Source: a virus
Taxonomy: Duplodnaviria; Caudoviricetes
DNA length: 25,543 nt
Reading direction: 5' to 3' (one strand)
IMG/VR virus record: IMGVR_UViG_3300012943_000056
Span: 1 to 25,543 of that record
The translations under genes were made by a program, and so were the position numbers. Positions 9,373 through 17,721 of this stretch are shown here, one piece after another. How positions within the stretch are numbered: the stretch's first letter is position 1; every line of letters begins with the position of its first letter. The notes beneath the pieces are model-generated. The model had not been told where the DNA came from. It ran no database searches and saw only the letters and a program-made list of their open reading frames with translations.

Positions 9373-11289
9373 ATGGCAGATAACACTTGCCCACCTACTG
9401 GCACGGTCCCAGCCAACTACGATACCACACCGCCGGTGCACAAGCTGTGCGTCGGCACGATGGACTTCTCATCGTCTGACAGGGATCGCTGCGCGCAGAA
9501 TGAGGTCATTCTCCAGGAGAGCTACATCGCCGAGACGATCAACATCTCTGGCGCTGAGGTCAACGTCTACAAGCTCATGGGCGTGCACCAGCAGGACTCT
9601 TCGTCCGTGCTGCCGAGTGGCGAGATCTTCGTGTCTCCATCGCCCGGCAATCCAGCTACTAACATCAACGTCCTGCCGTGGCAGGGATATGAGGTCGGCG
9701 CTGCGGCGGTCAACAACACATACGTGGGTGTGGACTTCGGCTTCAGGTCTGGCTACGGCCCGAAGAAGGCGAAGCTCATCGACGTCGGTGCTGCGATCAT
9801 CACCCAGTCTGCGACGCCTGGACAGTATGCCACCGCGCTGAAGGTGGAGATCGCCGACGGCACGTGCGTCATCAAGAGCATCCTCGGCACCGGCAACGTC
9901 GGCAACGGCTCGCTGATCGATGTCTCGGTCGGCGTCAATGCCATCCCGACGATCGTCTACGCGACCGCGTTGAGCGCGACGCAGTTCGAGGTCACGATCG
10001 ACGTGCCCGGCGCATCTGAGCCTGTCGTGCTCGGCACAGCCACCGTTAGCGAGATAGATTCCAACTCCGGTCCGTCCATCATGTTCCGCTCGGAGCTGAT
10101 CAACTTCGCCATCGCGCAGGGCTCGATGCCGTTCGTCGTCGGCGACCTGTTCATGATAGAAGTCGTGTATGTGTGGAAGCGGGCCGGCGTGTTCAAGGTC
10201 AAGCAGTCGCCGCAGCAGCAGGTGCTCAACCTCAACAGGACGCTGAAGGCCAAGGCCATCCGCGTGACGCCAGCTGAGATGCCGGCCGGATCCGTGTGGG
10301 TTGTCAACAAGTTCGACGCGCTGGCTTCGCCGGCGCCCGACATCTCTGGCATCCAGGATCTGTTCTACGGTGAGAACCGGGACAGGGACTACTCCATCGT
10401 GCCGGTCAAGATGAAGGTGCAGTACACGGCCGGCGGTGGCAGCACCGACCTCGGCAAGTTCGGCCTTGCGATGCTAGACCAGTACACGTTCCAGCTCAGC
10501 TTCTCCGACATGGTGCAGAAGCTCAGCCGTCCGATAGTGATCGGCGACATCATCGAGGTCATCCCGGAATTGCAGTGGGATCAGAACCTCAGGCCGGTGC
10601 GCAAGTTCCTCGAGGTGACCGACCACGGCTGGCACGAGGCCGGCTTCACGCCGAGCAACGTCCCGACCGTGTACAGGGTCAACGCTCAGATCGCCCTGCC
10701 GTCGCAGGAGACGAAGGACATCTTCGGCACGATCGACACCGAGAAGTACATGACGCCGGACAGGATCCTGACGACCGAGCTTGGTGACCAGATCAACACC
10801 GTCCCGCTCACCGTCACCGAGGAGATCATCAAGCTCGCCGCTGACATGGTCCCTGAGGTCGGCAGCGACGACGAGATCGCCGTCCAGGCCGTGCCGTACA
10901 AGCAGCCGGCCCCGCCGGTCAACGCCAAGGGCCAGGTCACAGCGCCGCCTAACAACCCGCCGCCGGTCGCACCGGTGCTGTGGGCTGATACGCCGCAGAC
11001 GCCGGCGAAGCCGAGCATGTTCATCGAGGATGGTCTGCCACCGAACGACGAGCCGTACACCGAGGGCTACCAGCTGCCGGAGGCCACAGCGGCCACCGAC
11101 GGCGACTACTTCAGGCTCAACTACCCGCCGCAGTACGGAATCGGCGCGCGGCTCTACAGGTTCTCGGCCCTCAAGGGTCGCTGGATCTTCCAGCAGCAGG
11201 ATCGCCGCCCGTCGCAGAGTTCACTGAAGCCATCGGTCCGCGCGATCATGGCCTCCGCGGACAAGCAGACAATCACGAAGAAGCTGTAA
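9373..11289 (+). CDS. head closure/neck protein (T4 gp14-like) with inserted domains
   Basis: ETINISGAEVNVY, LFYGENRDRDY, DLGKFGL and RPIVIGDII motifs; synteny. Confidence 0.75.
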   Translation: MADNTCPPTGTVPANYDTTPPVHKLCVGTMDFSSSDRDRCAQNEVILQESYIAETINISGAEVNVYKLMGVHQQDSSSVLPSGEIFVSPSPGNPATNINVLPWQGYEVGAAAVNNTYVGVDFGFRSGYGPKKAKLIDVGAAIITQSATPGQYATALKVEIADGTCVIKSILGTGNVGNGSLIDVSVGVNAIPTIVYATALSATQFEVTIDVPGASEPVVLGTATVSEIDSNSGPSIMFRSELINFAIAQGSMPFVVGDLFMIEVVYVWKRAGVFKVKQSPQQQVLNLNRTLKAKAIRVTPAEMPAGSVWVVNKFDALASPAPDISGIQDLFYGENRDRDYSIVPVKMKVQYTAGGGSTDLGKFGLAMLDQYTFQLSFSDMVQKLSRPIVIGDIIEVIPELQWDQNLRPVRKFLEVTDHGWHEAGFTPSNVPTVYRVNAQIALPSQETKDIFGTIDTEKYMTPDRILTTELGDQINTVPLTVTEEIIKLAADMVPEVGSDDEIAVQAVPYKQPAPPVNAKGQVTAPPNNPPPVAPVLWADTPQTPAKPSMFIEDGLPPNDEPYTEGYQLPEATAATDGDYFRLNYPPQYGIGARLYRFSALKGRWIFQQQDRRPSQSSLKPSVRAIMASADKQTITKKL

Positions 11290-11292
11290 ATA
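11286..11292 (+). promoter_or_regulatory. possible late promoter (GTAAATA)
   Basis: TAAATA core in the AT-rich gap before the 11320 gene. Confidence 0.4.
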
Positions 11293-11319
11293 CTCTGAGT
11301 GTAATACGTAAAGAAGCCC

Positions 11320-11958
11320 ATGAAAGTCAAGGAATTGCTGGAACAACAGGAGATGGACGAGGGTCTGAAGCACGCTGCGGCTGCTGCAGTCGCCGCCGCG
11401 TCTCTGCTTGGCCCAGCCAAGACCGCGCCGGCCGCTCTGCCGGCCGCTCCGGTGTCACGCATCGCCGCACCTGTGGCAGTCGCGGACAAGCCAGTCGTGT
11501 CGCCCCAGGCCGTGAAGACGGCCTACGTCCAGCCGGTCGTGAACAAGATCGCCAAGGAGTACAGCGTCGACAAGGACTTCGTGAAGGAGGTCGTCGCGCT
11601 CGCCCACAAGTATGCCCGCCCGACGTTCCCGACCGCGAAGGACATCCTGGCCGTCATTGCCGCCGAGAGCTCGTTCGATCCGAATGCGATCTCCCAGCTG
11701 AAGGACGATCCGGCCGTCGGCCTGATGCAGGTCCGTCCTGCCGTGTGGGGCAAGGAGCCGCACTCCCTGCTGGATCCTGAGGAGGCCATCAAGACTGGCG
11801 CGGAGATCCTCGCGAAGTATTACAAGAAGCTCGGCGACAAGGACGCGGCGATCGAGGCCTACAACATCGGCATCACCGGCTACCTCAACGGCAGGACGGC
11901 CGTGGCATACCTCGACAAGGTCCAGGACCGGCACGACCTGCTGTTCGGTGCCCTGTGA
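11320..11958 (+). CDS. SLT-family lytic transglycosylase, probably virion-associated
   Basis: AESSFDPNAIS (catalytic Glu), AVGLMQV and AYNIG motifs. Confidence 0.9.
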   Translation: MKVKELLEQQEMDEGLKHAAAAAVAAASLLGPAKTAPAALPAAPVSRIAAPVAVADKPVVSPQAVKTAYVQPVVNKIAKEYSVDKDFVKEVVALAHKYARPTFPTAKDILAVIAAESSFDPNAISQLKDDPAVGLMQVRPAVWGKEPHSLLDPEEAIKTGAEILAKYYKKLGDKDAAIEAYNIGITGYLNGRTAVAYLDKVQDRHDLLFGAL

Positions 11959-12290
11959 GCGCGTATCTCTACTGGTACCTGGTGACGGACACCGGTGACC
12001 TGTTCACGTCGTATCCTGAGCTCGCCTTCTACCGCGGGCACCTCATAGACATCACTAGATTGCCGACGGCGATCCATACCAGCATTGGCATGTACTCACT
12101 CGCATCGTGTCCGATCATGTGGAAGATGATCGGGCCGAAGCGCGACCTCAAGGACCTGGCGACGAGTGGGTGGGCGCAGCAGGCCAACGGCAAGACCCCG
12201 CCTCGCTCGCTGCAGATCAATAATTACAAGCTCATCAAGCCGGAGATAGACCGGTATAGGTTCGAGCGAGTCCACGGTGGCCCACGATGA
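11955..12290 (+). CDS. hypothetical protein (111 aa)
   Basis: GTGA and ATGA overlaps with both neighbours. Confidence 0.65.
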   Translation: MSAYLYWYLVTDTGDLFTSYPELAFYRGHLIDITRLPTAIHTSIGMYSLASCPIMWKMIGPKRDLKDLATSGWAQQANGKTPPRSLQINNYKLIKPEIDRYRFERVHGGPR

Positions 12291-13297
12291 TCAACACGTA
12301 CTGGTTCGACAATCAGCTCCGCGGATACCTGATCCAGTTCTGCAACATCTTCACCGGATTGAGGGTCAAGACCGGCGTCGGCGACGAATGCGACGCGTCG
12401 GATGGCTTCATCACCGTGCCGGTCAGGATCGGATCCAAGGACCGCGTGGTCGCCGCCATCGAGGCCGGCAACACCCAGAACAAGCCATTCTCCCTGCCGT
12501 CGCTGGCCGTCCACATGACCAACCTGGAGATGGCGTCCGTCAGGCACGGCGTCGGCGTCCAGGACAACCGCACGTTCCTGCCGAAGGGTGGCGTGTACCC
12601 GGACGACCTCAAGGTCGCCACCCGCATCATGCCGATACCGTACACGATGACCCTGGAGGTCACGATGTACGTCTCCAGCGCCCAGCAGCGCGACCAGATC
12701 CTCGAGCAGATCCTGATCCTGTTCGACCCGATCCTGCAGATCCAGACGTCCGACGCCGCCCTCGATTGGAGGAAGCTCACGACCGTGGAACTGACGGGAC
12801 TGACGAACGAGGAGAACTACCCGCCGGCCGGTGATCGCCGGATCATCATGTGGACGCTGACCTTCAGCATCCCGATCCACATCACCGCCCCGATCGACGT
12901 CAAGAGGAACGCCGTCAAGGAGATCATCCTCAGGCTGTGGGACAAGGACAACTTCCATCCGGAGGAGATCCAGCCGGACGGCTCGACCGGCCCGTACGTC
13001 CCGGACTTCGGTGGATTCAAGGTCACCGCGGACGGCGTGGTCCCGATGCAGTACTCGCTCGGCACGGTCGCAGTTTCCAGTGGAAGCAACTCCCTCGTCG
13101 GCACCGGCACGTCCTGGATCTCCAAGGTCGAGGCCGGCGACATGCTCCAGATCCAGGGATACGAGAACGTCTACTACGTGGCGTCCGTCCTGTCCGACAC
13201 CGGCCTGACGCTGACCACGAACTACGTCGGGGCCGACGACCCGGCCGCCAGGTACACCGTTACCAAGAACTTCACGCCTATAGCCCCCGCTGGCTAA
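12287..13297 (+). CDS. tail terminator/sheath stabiliser (T4 gp15-like) with C-terminal beta domain
   Basis: YWFDNQLRGYLIQFCNIF, PIPYTM, QILEQILILFDP and WTLTF motifs. Confidence 0.85.
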   Translation: MINTYWFDNQLRGYLIQFCNIFTGLRVKTGVGDECDASDGFITVPVRIGSKDRVVAAIEAGNTQNKPFSLPSLAVHMTNLEMASVRHGVGVQDNRTFLPKGGVYPDDLKVATRIMPIPYTMTLEVTMYVSSAQQRDQILEQILILFDPILQIQTSDAALDWRKLTTVELTGLTNEENYPPAGDRRIIMWTLTFSIPIHITAPIDVKRNAVKEIILRLWDKDNFHPEEIQPDGSTGPYVPDFGGFKVTADGVVPMQYSLGTVAVSSGSNSLVGTGTSWISKVEAGDMLQIQGYENVYYVASVLSDTGLTLTTNYVGADDPAARYTVTKNFTPIAPAG

Positions 13298-13331
13298 GAC
13301 CCCCTTATTTCCGCGGGTAACTCAGTTTTTT

Positions 13332-13339
13332 GATAAATA
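13332..13339 (+). promoter_or_regulatory. T4-like late promoter (GATAAATA)
   Basis: Upstream of the tail sheath gene. Confidence 0.7.
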
Positions 13340-13396
13340 TCTTCATGGTATTGAAGAACTCGCCATAGAGCCCCAGATACAGATAGGAGAGAACCC

Positions 13397-15586
13397 ATGG
13401 CCTCATTAGTTTCAGCAGGAGTTAGCGTCACCGTAATTGACGAGAGCTTCTACATTCCAGCGGCCGCACCGACGGTGCCGCTCATCTTCGTTGCAACGAA
13501 GGCCAACAAGCTCCAGCCAGATGGACAGACGCTCGCAGCCGGCACCGCCGAGCACGGCGTGGTCCGCACGGTCACCTCCATCGGACAGTCTGTGCAGCTC
13601 TTCGGCGTGCCGCACTTCCTCACGGAAGGCGGACAGGCACTTCACGGCTCCGCGCTGAATGAGTATGGCCTCTTCGCGCTCAACCAGTTCCTCGGCATCG
13701 GCAATCTGGCGTACGTGGTTCGCGCCAACATTGACACGAGCTACGAGGCTGAAGAGTTCCTCAGCGTAGTCAAGACGAACGGCGAGTCCTCCGTGGTCGC
13801 GACAGACGTCGACTACACCGGCGTTGTCGCTAGCGACGGCGAGCTCATCGACATCGAGCTGCAGACCGGCCTCGACCTCGACGCAGCATCCGGCACCGAC
13901 GGCATCGCGACGGAGACCATCACCGTCACCTTCACGTCTTCGACCGAGTACACCGTCACTGGCTCAGTGTCCGGTGCGATCGGCAGCGGCAGCGTCGACG
14001 AGGAGTTCGAGTCCAACATCGTCAACTTCGAAGTCGCAGCCGGCACCATCCCGTTCACCGTCAGCGACACGCTCACCTTCGACATCGTGTATGCCCCGAC
14101 CACGTCGCCATCCGGCGCCGGCAAGGGTACCATCACCGACATCGAGATCGGCTCGTCCGCTCTCGTCGGCACGTACACCATCGCCATCGTGGCACCGACG
14201 GCTGGCCCACTCGTTCTCGGCGCCACCGGCCTCGATGACGCGGACCTCCCGGGTCCAGGCACCGGCTACACCAACGGCACGCACACCGACGTTGACCTCG
14301 CTCCGCTCGACTCCGGCTCCCCAGGCGCCGGCGCAAAGGCCACTGTCGTAGTGTCCGGCGGCATCGTGCAGAGCGTCAGCGTAACGGCTGGCGGCAACAA
14401 CTACGCGGTAGGCGAGACCCTCACGGTCGTCGGCCTCGGCGGCACCGGCTTCGAGATCGTGGTCACCTCGATCAACGTCTCCGCGCCGACGAACTTCAGC
14501 GTCATCGGTCCGGGCAGCCCGCTGCCATCTGGCACGATCGGCTCTGACTACACGACCTCCGACGGCTACCTGAGCTTCCTGCTCGAGAGTGGCTCGACGC
14601 AGTACGCTCCTGGCGACACGTTCACCATCGTCATCGCTGAGAAGGTTCGCTACCCGATCGTCGGCGACACCGATGCCCAGCAGCGCGTCACGATCAAGAC
14701 GGCCCTCGCCGCCGCGATCAACAGCAACACTGAGGTTCGCTCCGAGATCTACGAGTACAACCTGATCCTGGCCCCTGGCTTCCCAGAGGTCGTATCTGAG
14801 CTCGTCGCCCTCGCGACAGACGTCAACGAAGAGGCGTTCGTCATCGCTGACACGCCGATGAATCGTGACCCAGAGCAGGTCGCCACGTGGGCGATGACCT
14901 CCGGCAAGACCTCGAACCGCAACGTCGCTTACTACTACCCGCACGGCCTGGCCACGAACCTGGACGGCGCTGAGGTGGTCATCGCGGCCTCCGGCATCGC
15001 GCTCAGGACCTACGCCTACTCTGACAACGTCTCGTACGTGTGGTTCGCTCCGGCGGGCGCGCAGCGCGGCGTGGTCACCGGCGTGTCCTCCGTGGGCTAC
15101 GTCTCCGGCGACCCGATCAACCCGACGACCTACGTCCAGGCCAACCTGAACCAGGGTCAGCGCGACAACCTCTACAACCTGCCGAAGAACATCAACCCGA
15201 TCACCTACTTCCCTGGTCAGGGACTGCTGGTGTGGGGTCAGAAGACTGCGCAGGGTGTGGCGAGTGCTCTCGACCGCGTCAACGTGGTTCGCGAGGTCGG
15301 CTACATCAAGCGTCAGCTGCGCAAGGGTGCCTTCCCGTTCGTCTTCGAGCCGAATGACAAGATCACCCGCGACAACCTGAAGGCTGCGATCGATGGCTTC
15401 CTGAACCAGATCATGGCTCAGCGCGGTCTGTACGACTTCGTCACCCTGTGCGACGAGTCGAACAACACGCCGTTCGTCATCGACAACAACCAGCTCATCG
15501 CGGACGTAGCGCTCAAGCCAGTCAAGGCTGCTGAGTTCATCTACATCCCGATCCGCGTCCTGTCGACCGGCGCGACGATGCCTTGA
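13397..15586 (+). CDS. contractile tail sheath protein (T4 gp18-like)
   Basis: LVSAGVSVTVIDES, WFAPAGAQRG, WGQKT, SALDRVNV, FEPND and KPVKAAEFIYI motifs; SD AGGAG. Confidence 0.95.
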   Translation: MASLVSAGVSVTVIDESFYIPAAAPTVPLIFVATKANKLQPDGQTLAAGTAEHGVVRTVTSIGQSVQLFGVPHFLTEGGQALHGSALNEYGLFALNQFLGIGNLAYVVRANIDTSYEAEEFLSVVKTNGESSVVATDVDYTGVVASDGELIDIELQTGLDLDAASGTDGIATETITVTFTSSTEYTVTGSVSGAIGSGSVDEEFESNIVNFEVAAGTIPFTVSDTLTFDIVYAPTTSPSGAGKGTITDIEIGSSALVGTYTIAIVAPTAGPLVLGATGLDDADLPGPGTGYTNGTHTDVDLAPLDSGSPGAGAKATVVVSGGIVQSVSVTAGGNNYAVGETLTVVGLGGTGFEIVVTSINVSAPTNFSVIGPGSPLPSGTIGSDYTTSDGYLSFLLESGSTQYAPGDTFTIVIAEKVRYPIVGDTDAQQRVTIKTALAAAINSNTEVRSEIYEYNLILAPGFPEVVSELVALATDVNEEAFVIADTPMNRDPEQVATWAMTSGKTSNRNVAYYYPHGLATNLDGAEVVIAASGIALRTYAYSDNVSYVWFAPAGAQRGVVTGVSSVGYVSGDPINPTTYVQANLNQGQRDNLYNLPKNINPITYFPGQGLLVWGQKTAQGVASALDRVNVVREVGYIKRQLRKGAFPFVFEPNDKITRDNLKAAIDGFLNQIMAQRGLYDFVTLCDESNNTPFVIDNNQLIADVALKPVKAAEFIYIPIRVLSTGATMP

Positions 15587-15605
15587 TCCGAGGGGTTCGT
15601 TAAGT

Positions 15606-15633
15606 AAGGGAGTCCAGCGATGGGCTCCCTTTT
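15606..15633 (+). terminator. intrinsic terminator after sheath gene
   Basis: AAGGGAGTCCA-GCGA-TGGGCTCCCTT followed by a T-rich tail. Confidence 0.8.
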
Positions 15634-15672
15634 CATTTGCCGCATAGTATGATGTGTCCTCAGGAGGTATCT

Positions 15673-16359
15673 ATGAAACTTCAACTTGAAATCCGAGCAG
15701 CCGAGGGTGGCGCCGACGCCAAGCTCTTCGTGGCTGACCTGTCTTCCGCGTACTCACGCATGGCCGGCAAATTCGGCTGAAAGTGTAACGTCGCAGAGAG
15801 CAGGCAATCCGATAAAGGCCTGCACCTAGCCGTCCTGGCATTCGAGGGCGACGATCTAAGTTCCTTACATAACGAGGTGGGTGGCCACCGGATCCAGCGC
15901 GTCCCTCCGACGGAGCGCAAGGGCCGAGTGCACACCAGCACCGTCACGGTCGCCGTGGTGGACGCGTCCTCGTCTGACTTCACAATAGCCGATCGCGACC
16001 TCGAGGTACAGTGGTACTCGGGCAGCGGGTCCGGCGGTCAGAACCGGAACAAGACGCAGAACTGCTGCCGCCTCATCCACCGCCCGACCGGCATAGTCCG
16101 GACCGCGCAGATGAGGGACAGGAGCTCGAGCTACACGGCCGCGCTGAAGGCCCTTATGGGCGACCTGAAGTCGGCGCACGAAGGGGCCAGGGCCCAGTCG
16201 ACGAACGACGCCAGGCGTGACCAGATCGGCTCTGGGATGAGGGGCGACAAGGTTCGCACGTACCAATTTCAGCGCGACTCGGTTGGCGACCATCGCTCCG
16301 GGAAGGTTGCGCGCTGCAGGGACGTCATGCGGGGCAATTTCGATCTGCTGTGGTCGTAA
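15673..16359 (+). CDS. class I peptide chain release factor, RF1-type (PxT), lacking domain 1, with in-frame UGA at codon 36
   Basis: SD AGGAGG then ATG 15673: MKLQLEIRAAEGGADAKLF..KFG*KCN.. continues in frame into GHRIQRVPPTERKGRVHTS, GSGGQNRNK and KVRTY; TGA at 15778-15780. Confidence 0.85.
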
Positions 16360-16377
16360 GCGTGTTACAATGCCCGC

Positions 16378-16695
16378 ATGAAAGTTGAGCACGTAAAGAA
16401 AGAGGGCAAGGATTACCTGTTCGGCGATAGCCCGGGCGCGGTAATCCTTTCCCGCATTCTTTATGAGCAGTACCCGCAGGACTTCAGGGCGGTGACGAAG
16501 GGCGTGCAGAACGTCGAGCGCCGCCTCAAGAAGTTGATGGACCTCGACGCCGATGCGCGGCACTGGCTGTACCCGATGGTGCACAAGTACATCGGCGAGC
16601 AGTTCGCTTCGGTGAAGAATCCGCGGGCGGCGAGCTTCGCCAGGAACATCCTCACCGCCTCGGCCCGCGAGTCTCTGCTCTGGGACAAGCTGTAG
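16378..16695 (+). CDS. hypothetical protein (105 aa)
   Basis: ORF with phage-like codon usage, coupled to the next gene. Confidence 0.7.
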   Translation: MKVEHVKKEGKDYLFGDSPGAVILSRILYEQYPQDFRAVTKGVQNVERRLKKLMDLDADARHWLYPMVHKYIGEQFASVKNPRAASFARNILTASARESLLWDKL

Positions 16696-17000
16696 TGCAG
16701 GGTGAGACCTACAGCGTCGGCGACGAGGTCTACGTCATAGCGGACCACAAGGTCATCAAGACACGCGTCACGAAGGTCTCGCCGGTGACGGCTACGTGCC
16801 TCCTGCAGTATGGCGGCCTGATGCCGCACGAGGTCAAGTTCACGAAGGGCGGCGACCGGATCATCCACGCGTCGGTGCCATTCACGGCCGTCATGAGCCA
16901 CAAGGGCAGGGCCTTCTTTGATACGGCCAGCTACCCGCACAAGAATAAGGTGGGCAGCCTGGGCCAGCATGACCTGACGGACTGGGAATACATTCGGTAG
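16695..17000 (+). CDS. hypothetical protein (101 aa)
   Basis: GTG start overlapping the upstream TAG. Confidence 0.65.
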   Translation: MQGETYSVGDEVYVIADHKVIKTRVTKVSPVTATCLLQYGGLMPHEVKFTKGGDRIIHASVPFTAVMSHKGRAFFDTASYPHKNKVGSLGQHDLTDWEYIR

Positions 17001-17010
17001 AAAATATCAG

Positions 17011-17039
17011 TTTACTACCCCACCCGGGTATGGCAAAAT
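17011..17039 (+). promoter_or_regulatory. sigma70-like promoter upstream of the tRNA array
   Basis: TTTACT-17 nt-(TGG)CAAAAT; same -35 as the promoter at 22394. Confidence 0.55.
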
Positions 17040-17073
17040 GCTCACACATTGTTTATTTGCGTCGAGGAAATCG

Positions 17074-17099
17074 CATAAATAAACGAGGCTGGATAAATA
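17074..17099 (+). promoter_or_regulatory. two late-promoter motifs (CATAAATA, GATAAATA)
   Basis: Same core as 7429, 13332 and 20780. Confidence 0.55.
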
Positions 17100-17137
17100 T
17101 CTGGCAGATTAGCAAACAGTTTCGAATTGAGGTTATA

Positions 17138-17242
17138 ATGTCTTCATTGAGTGCAAGAGTGACAACGATTGGTGGTTCAGGGCTCGGATATAGCCTGATA
17201 GCCGTGTCGTCTGCCGCCCTTGTCCCAGGTAGCCAGATGTAA
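17138..17242 (+). CDS. putative 34-aa leader peptide MSSLSARVTTIGGSGLGYSLIAVSSAALVPGSQM
   Basis: SD GAGG at 17129-17132; stop codon abuts attenuator-like hairpins; 25 distinct codons. Confidence 0.55.
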   Translation: MSSLSARVTTIGGSGLGYSLIAVSSAALVPGSQM

Positions 17243-17302
17243 CCCTTGAGTAAGACTCAGATCTTTTCTCAAGGGGCCTCGAAAGGGCCCCTTGAACGTT
17301 TT
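17243..17302 (+). terminator. attenuator-like antiterminator/terminator pair
   Basis: CCCTTGAG (17243-50) pairs with CTCAAGGG (17268-75), mutually exclusive with the 11-bp hairpin TCAAGGGGCCT/GGGCCCCTTGA (17269-17295) followed by ACGTTTT. Confidence 0.6.
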
Positions 17303-17506
17303 CGGACCGCAAGGTCCAAACGCTGATTAGCAGTTCAGCGAGAACAAAAGGCGGACCGTTAAGATACCAGCCGGTGGCGCACCCTGAGGCTGGAGGAATG
17401 CGAGAGTGCGACAGTATTTTTGATGAAATATGGCCCGATCGAAAGGTCGGGCCATCTCATCCGCCCGATCCAGGTGAGGCGGCTGAGTATCGACCTGGAA
17501 GAATTC

Positions 17507-17589
17507 GCCCTTGTGTCTCATGCGAATTGGTACAGCTGCTGGACTTAAAATCCGGGATCTTGTGGGTTCGAGTCCCACCAAGGGCACCA
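17507..17589 (+). tRNA. tRNA-Leu(TAA), short variable loop, extra nt before the D arm
   Basis: Acceptor GCCCTTG/CAAGGGC, loop CT-TAA-AA, TTCGAGT, ACCA. Confidence 0.85.
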
Positions 17590-17611
17590 GACACAAGGAC
17601 ATCGTTTCATC

Positions 17612-17698
17612 GGGAGTGTAGACCGTAATGGTTTCGAGACAGTCTGTAAAACTGTTGCCCATAGGGCCAACTTGGTTCAATTCCAGGCATTCCCACCA
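17612..17698 (+). tRNA. tRNA-Tyr(GTA)
   Basis: ACAGT-CT GTA AA-ACTGT, long V arm, TTCAATT, ACCA. Confidence 0.92.
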
Positions 17699-17721
17699 CT
17701 TTCATCTCATCATTTATCACT

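Noticed and set aside
15778-15780. Genome-wide UGA reassignment
   Set aside because: TGA ends many genes here (436, 1198, 4035, 5787, 9369, 15586), often overlapping the next start; no TCA-anticodon tRNA is visible
15877-16359. 160-aa release factor starting at GTG 15877
   Set aside because: Starts mid-domain; homology and a strong SD extend upstream to 15673
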